Assembly (NCBI RefSeq): GCF_006345805.1
Contig: NC_042997.1
Location: 199,299,001-199,332,000 of the forward strand
From: Octopus sinensis
Lineage: Eukaryota
Length of the DNA: 33,000 bases
Direction: 5' to 3'
Below the pieces are notes generated by a model. The model was given only the letters and a program-made list of their open reading frames with translations, searched no databases and was not told the DNA's origin. The position numbers and the translations under genes are program-made. The first letter of the stretch is position 1; every line of letters starts with the position of its first letter. Positions 9,854-21,075 of the stretch are shown here, piece after piece.

Positions 9854-10263
9854 TCTTTACTCTTTTACTTGTTTCAGTCATTTGACTGCGGCCATGCTGG
9901 AGCACCGCCTTTTAGTCGAGCAAATCGACCCCGGGACTTATTCTTTGTAAGCCCAGTACTTATTCTATCGCTCTCTTTTGCCGAACCGCTAAGTGATGGG
10001 GACGTAAACACACCAGCATCAGTTGTCAAGCAATGCTAGGGGGACAAACACAGACACACAAACATATACACACACACTTATATATATACATACATATATA
10101 CGACAGGCTTCTTTCAGTTTCCGTCTACCAAATCCATCACAAGGCATTGGTCGGCCCGGGGCTATAGCAGAAGACACTTGCCAAAGATGCCACACAGTGG
10201 GACTGAACCCAGAACCATGTGGTTGGTTAGCAAGCTACTTACCACACAGCCACTCCTGCGCCT
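9853..10263 (-). mobile_element. SINE family 1, full length, inserted in a (TA)n tract
   Basis: Reverse complement of family 1 from tail to ...ccactcctgcgccta, with (TA)n on both sides. Confidence 0.95.
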
Positions 10264-10656
10264 ATATATATATATATAAAGCTGAAGTTGTCTGTGTATG
10301 GCAGGTTTGGTAGCCTTCAACTAACACTATCTCCTCCGAGACTCTGTGGCGCAAGTTGACCAAAATTGAGAGTATGATAGAAGAAGGCTTGCTCTTCCTC
10401 TGTAGAAGAAAAAAATTCAAATTGGACCATGTTAACACCAAAAATTATTTACATCAAAAAGGTGCTTTTTTTCTATGAAAATCCCTACTTTCTATGATTT
10501 TTTGACTGCTGTGTCGCCATTTTTCGGTGTATTTCAGCCAGAAAAATGTTCACTTAAAGAGAATAACAAGCTACATAATGCATAATATTTACGTTTCAAA
10601 AATTCCAATTCTAAAGGGTAAAAAAAAACCCGAGCAACACCGGGCGATACTGCTAG
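10264..10656 (+). mobile_element. Non-autonomous Helitron, family A
   Basis: (TA)n-AAAGCTGAAGTTGTC 5' region; 3' hairpin CCCG-agcaacac-CGGG (10629-10644), then CTAG (10653-10656) followed by T; no TIR or TSD. Confidence 0.8.
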
Positions 10657-10809
10657 TAGATAAATAAATAAAAGATTTTAATTATTTCCAAATCTTAGTC
10701 TGAAAGATATATGATTTATTGATATTTTCAAAGATGATTTATCATGGCTATTGGATGCAGTTGTTGTTATGCTTCATGAGGATGAATGCTTTTTCCAATT
10801 ATATTTCAA

Positions 10810-11417
10810 CTAGCAGTATCGCCCCGCATTGCTCGGGTTTGTTTTGACCCTTTAGAATTGGAATTTTTGAAAAGTAAAAATTTTGCATTGTGTAGCTGGT
10901 TATTCGCTTTAACCCTTTAGTGTTTAAACCGGACCTAACCGGCCAAAATATTCTACCTATTTTATGTTCAAACTAGTCAGATATGGTCATTCATAGCTAT
11001 CTTATTGTGTCTTTTTAAAAATAAACAGTCACATCATTGAAATCTCAAAGCCATGAAATGATGCAAGATTAATTTTACATGGTGTGAATACATAAGCTTT
11101 ACATTTTACAGAATAATCTGAATGCTAAAGGGTTAAGTGAACATTTTTCTGGTTGAAATACACCGAAAAATGGCAACACAGCAGTTAAAAAATCGTAAAA
11201 AATAAGGATTTTCATAGAAAAAAAAGCACCTTTTTGATGTAAATAATTTTTGGTGTTAACACAGTCCGATTTGAATTTTTTCTTCTACCGAAGGAAGAGC
11301 AAGCCTTCTTCTATCGTACTCTCAATTTTGGTCAACTTGTGCCACAGGGTCTCGGAAGAGATAGTGTTAGATGAAGGCTACCAAACCTGCCATACACAGA
11401 CAACTTCAGCTTTATAT
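10810..11417 (-). mobile_element. Non-autonomous Helitron family A, antisense, interrupted by a MITE
   Basis: Reverse complement of 10264-10656 with CTAG at 10810-10813; insertion at 10913-11132. Confidence 0.8.
10913..11132. mobile_element. piggyBac-type MITE with TTAA TSD
   Basis: TTAA|CCCTTTAG...CTAAAGGG|TTAA. The paralogous Helitron copy at ~10550 has a single TTAA at the same site (empty site). Confidence 0.9.
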
Positions 11418-11694
11418 TTTTCAATTAGGCCCAAAGTGCCTTTGGGATGGACAACTACACTTTACAGACCCCCATAGAAGTTAATGCTTACCATTTATAT
11501 TAACAATGTTGAATGTTTAGATTTGATTGATAGAATATACAATGAGTATAAATCCTGTATGCTTTTGTGACTAAGACATCCACCGGGTGGGTTTGCAGTT
11601 GGGAGTTTGAATCCACTACATAACACGTTGGGAAACTGCTTTTTTCTTTTTTATTATAGATTTATGCCCTTTGGAATGAGACTTGGTTGGTAGA

Positions 11695-11870
11695 TCATCA
11701 TCATCATATTTATTCTTCCATGCTTTCATAGGTCAGATTAGAGTATATTAAGGGAGGATTTCTATGGCTGGATGACCTTTCTGTCACCGACCTCTTCTCA
11801 TTTCCAAATGGGGTAATAATCTCCTAGTCCATTCAACAACAAACTGCCCAGACATGCTTTTGTGGTGGAC
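11695..11870 (-). mobile_element. Old RTE-tailed element fragment
   Basis: (cat)n...ttccatgc...tttctatggctggatgaccttt reverse-complement pattern. Confidence 0.55.
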
Positions 11871-11939
11871 TGTTGGTTAACAACACTCTTAGGAAGCCAG
11901 TATTTACAAACCGGCATGACAGAAGGAAATATGAAATTA

Positions 11940-12065
11940 TACACACACACATATATATATGTGTATATGTATATATATATATATATGTGTGTGTGTGTAT
12001 ATATATATGTGTGTGTGTGTATATATATATGTGTGTGTATATATATATATGTGTGTGTGTATATG
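11940..12065. repeat. (TA)n/(TG)n compound microsatellite
   Basis: Direct reading; a similar array lies at 12340-12430. Confidence 0.95.
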
Positions 12066-12340
12066 TATCATCGTCATCATCGTTTAACGTCCATTCTCCA
12101 TGCTAGCATGGGTTGGATCGTTCAACAGGGGTCTGGGAAGCCAGGAGGCTGTACCAGGCCCCAGTCTGATATGGCAGTGTTTCTACAGCTGGATGCCCTT
12201 CCTAACGCCAACCACTCCATGAGTGTAGTGGGTGCTTTTTACGTGCCACCTGCACAGGTGCCAGGCGAGGCTGGTAACGGCCACCGGCACGGAAGCCAGT
12301 CGAGGCGATGCTGGCATCGGCCACGATTCGGATAGCGCAT
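12066..12340 (-). mobile_element. RTE-tailed non-autonomous retroelement
   Basis: catcatcgtttaacgtcc...catgctagcatgggttgga...ctacagctggatgcccttcctaacgccaaccactc...gtgccacc GC-rich repeats. Confidence 0.85.
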
Positions 12341-12371
12341 GTGTATATGTATGTGTGTGTGTGTGTATGTG

Positions 12372-12409
<38 letters not shown>

Positions 12410-12465
12410 GTGTGTATATTTATATACACACATATGTATCCTTGTACATCACATACACATTTATA

Positions 12466-12580
12466 TAAATACAGTGGACTTCATTTTGTTTCCATTTATC
12501 AAATCCACTCACACTGCTTTGGTCAGCCCCAAGTTATAGTAGAAGACACTTACCCAAAGTGCCAAGAAGTGGGACCCTGT
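12466..12580 (-). mobile_element. SINE family 1 fragment
   Basis: caaatccactcac...gctttggtcagccc...tatagtagaagacacttacccaa. Confidence 0.8.
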
Positions 12581-13215
12581 ATGTAAGTGCCTTTGTGTAA
12601 ACGGGTATAAATACCTTAAAGGTATTTCTCACTGAAGGGAGCTTACACTGTAAAATTATGTTACCTCAACCATTCAACTAATGATAGTAAAATAAGTACC
12701 AGACACATCTGGCGTTGATATAAAAAAATATTTCATAAGCCCTTGAAGAGGGCGCTCCAGCTAAGCCACAGTTCAATAAGATGTAAAAGAGTAAAAAAGA
12801 CTCATACAATATAAAATACAGTATAATGTTTGTTTTGGAATATATTCCATGTGATAACTTATTTTATTGTTCTTAATCTAGTAAATGGTTGTGGGAACCT
12901 AGTTTATGAGAGTTAACTCCCCTTGGGTTGTCTTCTCAGCTTGAACCTCAAATGATGAAAAAAGTAAAGTCAACCTCAGCAGACTTTGAATTCAAAACAT
13001 AAAGACACATAATTACACACCTCATTCTATCTTGTCAGGTGCTCAACAATTTCTGTTATTCTCTCACCCAATAAGAAATGATTTGGACTTTTGGCAAATT
13101 TTCACTTGTGATTTGATATTTTATAAAACATTTCTCCAAAGTTATTTTGAAGCAGACAATGGCAAAGACGAGACAGTTGATAGCGATACGCTGCTTTGTG
13201 ATATCAGCAACTTAC

Positions 13216-13295
13216 TTAACAAGCAGTAACACTGCCGGAGTAGAATTTGTCTGACGTTCTTTTGGTGTCAACAAAATAACTCTCAAATTTTATTC
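13216..13295 (-). other. Candidate 80-nt exon with strong splice sites but stops in all three frames
   Basis: tatttatgctacAG acceptor and TAA|gtaagt donor. Frame 0 reads E*NLRVILLTPKERQTNSTPAVLLLV; the phase 1 frame reads IKFESYFVDTKRTSDKFYSGSVTAC*. Confidence 0.2.
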
Positions 13296-13583
13296 CTGTA
13301 GCATAAATAGAGAAGACAACGGTAGATTGGCAGATTAACAGAACATTAGAGATGTCTGATAGAATGTACTGTTGTTATTTGTTCCGAATCTCTGTGCTCT
13401 GAGTTCAAATCTGGCTGAGGTCAACTGTGCCTTTCATCCCATCAAGGATGACAAATAAAGTAGCAGCCGAGTGTTAGTGCAGCCCTCTCTCCGGGTATCA
13501 AACCCTATATATTCTGCTGGATCAAGGATAGGAAAGCTAAGAAGGGGTTTGTGCCATCTTGCACCCACATAGGTACCATAGAC

Positions 13584-13890
13584 CAGTGCTACTTAAAGGG
13601 GTGGTCCACAGACCGGCACCCGTACGAGAGCCATCAGCTGCGGGTACGCGGTAAGTTTCCAGAAAAGAAAGAAATATTATAAAATGCTTATGTAATATTG
13701 CATTATTTGTTTACAAAATAAATATATAGGCGTAAGAGTGGCTGCCTGGTAAGTAAGTTGTTTACGAACCACATGGTTCCGGGTTCAGTCCAACTGCGTG
13801 GCACCTTGGGCAAGTGTCTTCTACTATAGCCTCGGGCTCACCAAAGCCTTGCGAGTGGATTTGGTAGACGGAAACTGAAAGAAGCCCGTC

Positions 13891-13932
<42 letters not shown>

Positions 13933-14296
13933 ATATGTCTGTGTGTCTGTGCTTGTCCCCCTAACATCGCTTGACAACCGATGCTGGAGTGTTTACATTC
14001 CCGTAACTTAGTGGTTCGGCAATAGAGACCGATAGAATAAGTACTAGGCGTCCAAAGAATAAGTCCTGGGGTTGATTTGCTCGACGAAAGGCGGTGCTCC
14101 AGCATGGCCGCGGTGAAATGACTGAAAAAAAAAAGAGAAAAAAAAAAGAGTATATGATAAAAAAAAATTGTCAACATTTATTATATTCATTATATATATA
14201 TTGTTTCTGGTATAAATTAATATTACTAAGAAATATTACCGGTCCCTGGTACATAAAAAAAAAAAAAATTGCCATCAGATAGTTTGAGTAGCACTG
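13584..14296. mobile_element. hAT-type non-autonomous transposon with nested SINE
   Basis: TIRs CAGTGCTACTTAAAG and GTTTGAGTAGCACTG; 8-bp flanks CCATAGAC and CTATGGAC (6/8 match). Confidence 0.8.
13725..14150 (+). mobile_element. SINE family 1, full length, nested in the hAT element
   Basis: Complete head, CORE-like segment, (TA)(TG) centre and tail. Confidence 0.95.
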
Positions 14297-14544
14297 CTAT
14301 GGACAATTAGCAGAAGCAATGCTGTACACTACCGAGTGATTTTTCACCTGTGACAGCAGCCCACAGTGATGACAAGGTGTTCACTGTAAAGCTCTCCTAC
14401 AGGGGTCGCTGTATATTTTTCTGCGACTGGAGACATTTTTACAGTGTGACTGATGGGCTGTAGAGATTGTTGATACATTAATACCAATTCAATCAGGGTC
14501 AGTACTCATATTAAGAAAATCAATAAATCTATAATATTTTAAAG

Positions 14545-14673
14545 ATAGATGCCCCACGCTAGGAGGGACTCAAAGTCAAAACTACTAAAATAAACAAACA
14601 CATCGTACTGAAACCTTTATTTATTTATTTTAATAGTTTTGACTTTGAGTCCCTCCTAGCCTGGGGCATCTAT
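14545..14673. mobile_element. Fold-back MITE (~50-bp TIRs)
   Basis: ATAGATGCCCCACGCTAGGAGGGACTCAAAGTCAAAACTA pairs with TAGTTTTGACTTTGAGTCCCTCCTAGCCTGGGGCATCTAT; spacer about 20 nt. Confidence 0.8.
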
Positions 14674-15054
14674 GTGTAATAGTGCCCTCTATATAATAAA
14701 AATAAATAAATTTAAAGGAAAAGATTGATGATTTTTTTTTCTCTTATGAGGTTTTTTGCGCTAACTACTTGATAAATTCTTATGAAGACTTGTCAAGTTG
14801 ACTCTGTTGCAAACACTTGGAACAGATTTCCAGCCTGAGATTAACCTCTTTTGCCAGTTTTGGAGGGGTATAAAAGAGGTCATGTAAGCTGCTGCATATC
14901 CTTAGTCTTTCTTGTCCCTATCTTCCTAGATACACTTATTCATAGTAATAATGAGATGCTTCTGGCTAGAATACCTTTAATCATAGATTTGCTCAATTAC
15001 AGCTGATGTGAGCCAAAACAACAACATATCCAATTTATTATATATCTTCTATAT

Positions 15055-15345
15055 TTCTATCTTCCTTATATACATATAAATTGTTGCTATTATGCAAAAG
15101 TATCATAAGTCCAAAATGTTGCTCTTTTATGAAAATGAGAAAATAGTTTCACCATTTCATAGCAAAATTGTACAACACTTTGACAATTTTTCATATCTTG
15201 GCATCTGAAGCAGCTGGAGATATGATATTTTGACCAAAACAACCAGATGTTGCAAGTAAAAATAAATATTGAAAAAAAAACAAAAAACAAAAAAAAAATC
15301 ACATTTGGCCAAATTTGGACACATGACAGTTTAACATAATCAATA
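15055..15345 (+). mobile_element. 5' part of repeat family B (probable non-autonomous Helitron)
   Basis: Reverse-complement homologue of 28700-28975 (tatgcaaaag...aagtccaaaa...atagtttcaccatt...gcatctgaag...tgaccaaaa); begins with a TCTATC...TATATA-like end. Confidence 0.55.
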
Positions 15346-15445
15346 ATATACAGATATATATTTATATACACACACACATATATATATACATACATACACA
15401 AACATACATATATATATATATAAACACACACACACACACATAAAT
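15340..15445. repeat. (TA)n/(CA)n compound microsatellite
   Basis: Direct reading. Confidence 0.95.
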
Positions 15446-15889
15446 ATATGTGGCTTAAGCTTGCAGCCACAAACATTATCTCTCATGAGTATTAATGATC
15501 TTTATAAATATATATATCTTCCACTCTTGTATAGTCACTCATGCAACACAATTTACTCAAAATTCTAGTTAGTTTGCCATATAATTCCAATATAGAATAT
15601 ATTTAAGATTCACAAAACACTTTCAGGTGATCTCATTTCCTGATATTCTTCTATAATGTTGAGCTTTCTGCTTTCATTAAACTCATTTCACAAACATTTA
15701 AGGAACTTACAAGAGGGTGTGTGTGTGTGTACATGCATGCGTATGATGTAAAACTAAGTAGAAGGAAATCTTATGAAGACATGCAGGAAATTTGAAAAAA
15801 TAAGTATAAATGGTTGTTGAAATTACAGACTGCATTTACACTAATGTTTCTACAAATGTTATACAATCTAAGTTTATAAATACTAGGAG

Positions 15890-16590
15890 AGTACAATTCA
15901 GCCCTTCCACCCAGTGCCAAAATAGGATATGCCAGAAATAAACTTACACAGATCGAGAGCAAGTGCAGCAGGACAAAGGACAAGGTGACCAAAGCACCAC
16001 ATGCTTCTTAGAGGTATTGAAAACCAACGGGTACTCTATATCTGTTGGGAATTGGCATAAGTACCTAAGATGACAAACATGCCTAATACACAGAAAACCC
16101 AGCAACACAAGGTTCCTTAAAATACCCTATTTTAGCAAGAGGATAACTTCAGCCATTGGAAGAGCCATAAGAAGAGAAGGATTAGACACACAACTAGCCC
16201 ACTCCGGCCCCTCTCTGAGAAGACACCTAACAAAAAAAGTGAGCAATGGACAGCAATCAATACACACTAGCTAACTGCCCCATCCATGACACAGATATGT
16301 GCCAACAAGTAAATGTTGTGTATAAAATACAATGTAACAGATGCAACAAGTTCTATGTGGGTGGCACAACAATACCATTACACATTCCCATCAAAGAACA
16401 TCTGAACACGCGAGCTTCCTTTTTCAGAAAACATCTAGACAGATGCCGAAACACTGACAAAAGTGTAACAGTCTCAATTGAGGCCAATGACAGAAATTTG
16501 AGTAATCTAAGAATTAAGGAAGCTATCCTCATAGACTGACTAGGACCCCAAATTAACAACAGGCTGGAAATTAGCAATCGATACATTATT
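15890..16590 (+). mobile_element. Decayed Penelope-like retroelement: thumb/linker and GIY-YIG endonuclease
   Basis: LEVLKTNGYS; FLKIPYFSKRITSAIGRAIRREGLDTQLAHSGPSLRRHL; ORF 16246-16539 NVVYKIQCNRCNKFYVGGT...IKEH...LRIKEAILI. These are the PLE linker and GIY-YIG motifs; frameshifts and stops are present. Confidence 0.9.
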
Positions 16591-17082
16591 TAGCTACATT
16601 TGGATGGATGTAAGTTCATTTCTGGTAACATGCTCATGTATTGTTTATAAAAAAAAAGAAACTGTATGTATAATAAATAATTTAGAAGCAGCGCTGCAGA
16701 TATGCCAACACACACAAGCTCGAGACATGGTTGCCCTCATGCACTTCTCATGAGGAATTCCGGAAGGATCCTTGTGAGACCACTGCAGAGACAATTCCAA
16801 ACAAAAAAATTCAGTAAGTGTTGGAAAACTAATTATAGCAGTGACTTGATCAGATCAATTCCTAACAATATCTGAAGAAGGAATTTTTATATTCCAGAAT
16901 ATTATTATTATATCAGAGTATAGATAATTAAATTATCACAGTTATTATTTTAGGAAATTTTAGGAATGGGGTTAGTCGATCATACGTACTTCAATCAAAA
17001 AACTTTATGGTTTTGAAAGGAAATTATTAATTAAAATCAAAGCGAAAGATATGTTTTGTATTACTGCATCAGCTTTATTTCA

Positions 17083-17260
17083 GTTGTGGCTGTGTGTGGT
17101 AAGACGTTTTGCTTCCTAACCACATGGTTCCAGGTTCAGTCCCACTGCATGGTGCTTTGGACAAGTGTCTTCCACTAAAGCCTCAGGCTGACCATAACCT
17201 TGTGAGTGGATTTGGCAAACAGAAACTGAAAAACACCTGTCATATGCATATGTGTGTGTA

Positions 17261-17294
<34 letters not shown>

Positions 17295-17510
17295 ATCTGT
17301 GTCTTTGTTTCTGTGTTTGTCCCCAACTGCCACTTGACAATTAGTGTTGGTACATTTATGTTCCCTAACTTAGTAGTTTGGCAAAAGAGATTGATAGAAT
17401 AAGTACCAGATTTAAAAAAAAAAATCTGAGGTTGATATATTTGATTAAAAATTCTTCAAGGCAGTGCCCCAGCATGGCCACAGTTAACTGAAACAAGTAA
17501 CAGATAAAAT
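17083..17510 (+). mobile_element. SINE family 1, full length
   Basis: Complete family pattern; its 3' end plus flank is the apparent source of local duplications. Confidence 0.9.
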
Positions 17511-17624
17511 AATATGGGTAATGTATCACTGCGCAGAATTACCTCTTAATTGTTTGGAATTAATTAACCTCTTTATTTTGCACACAACATAAGGTGGTGT
17601 GTAAAATGTCAACTCAGTACAAGG
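17383..17624 (+). repeat. Local duplicon X1 (SINE 3' end plus unique flank)
   Basis: About 95% identical to the reverse complement of 18655-18918 and to 30448-30657. Confidence 0.95.
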
Positions 17625-18100
17625 GAGCAGTGAACTACAAAAGGTTGTGAACTATTGTTCTGTACCTATTAATTATGAAGGGCTTTTTTTTTGTTTTCTC
17701 GAGTCTCAATTCTCTAATGCTAAAAAAAACAAACTACAAAAGATTCAAAAACCAAGATGAATCTGTCGCTTATGAAGTTGTAGCAATGACACTGTTTTGT
17801 GTGAGATCCGTTTTGAGATGGAACAGCTGCTGACAACATTATACAAATCATGAGATACATAGAACTTCTGTCTGTTTACTTATGGCTTTTTCAGCTGCAC
17901 ATCTCTGTAAAGATGACTTCCTGCATCTCTTTGTACTGATGGTTTGCTTCTTTTTTTTTTTTGTCTATACTACACATGAGTGACCAAATGTTGCTAGAGT
18001 CAGTGACCATGAAAAGATATTTATTACAAAAAGCCAGTCGTATTTCTATATAATAGCATTCAGATATCACTGCATAGCAGCAGTTATAATCAGCCAATAG

Positions 18101-18532
18101 TCATCATCGTTTAACGTCCGCTTTCTATGCTAGCATGGGTTGGACGATTGACTGAGGACTGGCGAACCAGATGGCTGCACCAGGCCTCAATCTTGATATG
18201 GCAAAGTTTCTACAGCTGGATGCCCTTCCTAACACTAACCGCTCTGAGAGTGTAGTGGGTGCTTTTACGTGCCACCGGCACGAGGGCCAGTCTGGCAATG
18301 ACTGCGCTCGAATCCTTTACACATGCCAACAGCACAAGTGCCAGTAATGCGACGCTGGTAACAATCACGCTTGAATGGTGTCTTTTATGTGCCACCAGCA
18401 TGGAGGCCAGATAGCCGCTCTGGCAATGATCATGCTCAGATGGTGCTTTTAATACCCTACTAGCACGGCGCTCAAGTGCCAGTAAGGTGACGCTAGTAAC
18501 GATCACGCTCGAATGGTGCCTTTTAAGTGTCA
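18101..18532 (-). mobile_element. RTE-tailed non-autonomous retroelement with internal tandem repeats
   Basis: catcatcgtttaacgtccg...ctacagctggatgcccttcc... followed by repeated caagtgccagtaa.gcgacgctggtaac.atcacgctcgaatggtg units. Confidence 0.85.
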
Positions 18533-18654
18533 CATATTTCATATCAAAATGGTATATCACAGGTATATTCTGAGAGACTGACACTCATTCTAACTCTCTG
18601 AAGACAGTCTAAAGGTGTATTTTAGGGAGTTCATTCTTTGTAACTTGAAAATAA

Positions 18655-18918
18655 CTATGCATAGCACCTTGGTCAACCTTTTACTGAGTTGACATTTTAC
18701 ACACCACCTTATGTTGTGTGCAAAATTAAGAGATTAATTAATTCCAAACAATTAAGAGGTAATTTTGTGCAGTGATACATTACCCATATTATTTTACCTG
18801 TTACTTGTTTCAGTTAACTGTGGCCATGCTGGGGCATTGCCTTGAAGAATTTTTAGTCAAATACATCAACCTCAGATTAAAAAAAAAAAATCTGGTACTT
18901 ATGCTATCAATCTCTTTT
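18655..18918 (-). repeat. Local duplicon X2 (inverted copy of X1)
   Basis: Reverse complement of 17383-17624 with 9 differences in about 200 compared bp; short palindromes at both ends. Confidence 0.95.
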
Positions 18919-18949
18919 AAGAGATTAAGTTATTAAGATTAACTATTAA

Positions 18950-19232
18950 ATAATAATGAAATTATTGTATACAGTGCTCAGGTGCACCACAACTTGTCAA
19001 AAGTGCGTATAAAGCATCTGCAGTAATGTACAAATGTCTGGAAAGCAAACAGTGTATGAGTCAGATACATGCTTGCGTGTGTATGGAGGGGAGAAGATCA
19101 GGTGTAGTGTTGGTGGATCTCAGGAGGCATGGAAGTTTTAAAGGATGCATTGCTCCGACAACTAACAACTGATGCTGGCAGTTTGTTCCATGCTTCAGCA
19201 ACACTTAGCATGAAAAAATATTTCCGAAAGTC
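18950..19232 (-). mobile_element. CR1/L2-type LINE 3' end
   Basis: Minus-strand DFRKYFFMLSVAEAWNKLPASVVSCRSNASFKT matches the CR1 C-terminal F..RV...WN.LP motif; 3' UTR and (ATT)n tail. Confidence 0.85.
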
Positions 19233-19791
19233 TAGGGAACATAAATGTACCAACACTAGTTGTCAAGTGACATTGGAGGACAAACTTGAAACTATGTGGT
19301 TGGGAAGCAGCCTTTTTACCATGCAGCCACCTTCAAGTTCTTAGCATTTCAGTGAGAGCAATATTATTCAGTGTCAGTTCCTAAGGATGTTGAATACATT
19401 GTCAGAAGCACAAAGATAACATTTAACACTGTCATATATGAAAGCAGCTGTTACAAGTAATTTAATTAACAGCCACACTGTCCGTTTATATATTGGTGCT
19501 TCAAATATGAGCAGAAAATTTATATTGCTGCAAACATGTTTTATCTCTCCATCATAAATCTGAACTCCACTTTTAATATTGCCACACCTGAAAGTTAGCT
19601 ATTATAAAACAATCTCATTACCTGAACATAAAAATCTGTCAAAATATTTTTGTAACCAATAAACGGTATAGTTTAATAATAGTTCATACACCAATTACAA
19701 ATGCTGCTATAAAGTTGTTACTATGATAGTATTGTGAAGATATTTTAGTGTGTATTTCCATGCAATCTTCTTTAGAACTGTTGCATTATAC

Positions 19792-20385
19792 CAGAGGTTC
19801 TCAAACTTTTTGGGCCACCGCCCCACTCCTGGCCCTCAGCGCCCCCACCCCTATTTTTATGTATAAATAAATATTTTATATTCTACTAATTTATATATAT
19901 CATGAATCATTTGATATTTAATATAATATTATATAATTTGTATGTGGAGGCACGTGGCTTAGTGGTTAGGGTGTCAGCGCCATGATCATAAGATTGTGGT
20001 TTCAATTCCTGGACTGGGTGACGTGATGTGTTCTTGAGCAAGACACTTCATTTTATGTTGTTCCAGTCCACTCAGCTGGCAAAAATGAGTAACGCTGCGA
20101 TGGACTGGCGTCCTATCCAGCTGGAAAACACATACGCCATAGAAACCGGGCCTATGAGCCTGGCTAGGCTTTAAAGGGTGCATTTATTATTATTTATTTA
20201 TTATATAATTTGTATACAATACTATAATAATATTATGATAAATTCATAGTGTCCCCCAATCCACTGCCTTCCTCCCAACGCCTCCTTTTTCTCTACTGCA
20301 CCCCACCATCCCCTTAGGTAACAGCACCCACCTGGACCATCTCAATGTCCACCAGGGGCAGTAGCACCTGCTTTGAGAACCTATG
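19792..20385. mobile_element. hAT-like non-autonomous element with nested SINE
   Basis: TIR-like CAGAGGTTCTCAAA and TTTGAGAACCTATG; no convincing 8-bp TSD. Confidence 0.6.
19944..20199 (+). mobile_element. SINE family 3 (V-domain-like), full length with 16-bp TSD
   Basis: ATTATATAATTTGTAT at 19928-19943 and 20200-20215; tRNA head, gctgcgatggactggcgtcc motif, (TTA)-rich tail. Confidence 0.9.
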
Positions 20386-20715
20386 TAACAGTTATTTGTT
20401 TGTAGTCCTTGTAGTTATCTTATTATGCTATGTAGTGTATCTTCAATATGACTGTTGGTTTATTATGGTAACATTAATTCCATCACCTGTCCCTGGATGA
20501 GCTGATTATCACTCAGTGGCATAAAACAATGGCACTATGTTTTTTCTCAAAGCCTAGCAAAGGCACTTATCTTCTCCTTATAATTCACACCTGCAGAAGA
20601 ATGAGAACCTTGTTAATAGGAAATAAAAATGTTTCATTGGGGCTGTTGAATTTCCATGTACAGACATGTGACTATTTCTCTCCAGAAATGAGAACAAATA
20701 ACAAATATATGTTTC

Positions 20716-21075
20716 TTTATTAGCTACAAGGAGCTAAACATAGAGGGTACAAACAAGGACAGACAAATGGATTAAGTCGATTACATCGACCCCATAACGT
20801 CACTGGTACTTAATTTATCGACCCTGAAAGGATGAAAGGCAAAGTCGACCTCAGTGGAATTTGAACTCAGAATGCAAAGACAGACGAAATACCTATTTCT
20901 TTACTACCCACAAGGGGCTAAACACAGAGAGGACAAACAAGGACAGACAAAGGGATTAAATTGATTACATCGACCCCAGTGCGTCACTGGTACTTAATTT
21001 ATCGACCCTGAAAGAATGAAAGGCAAAGTAGACCTCGGCAGAATTTGAACTCAGAACGTAACAGCAGACAAAATA
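20716..21075 (-). mobile_element. SINE family 2, two tandem body units
   Basis: Same unit and same junction (20892/20893) as at 8813/8814. Confidence 0.95.
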
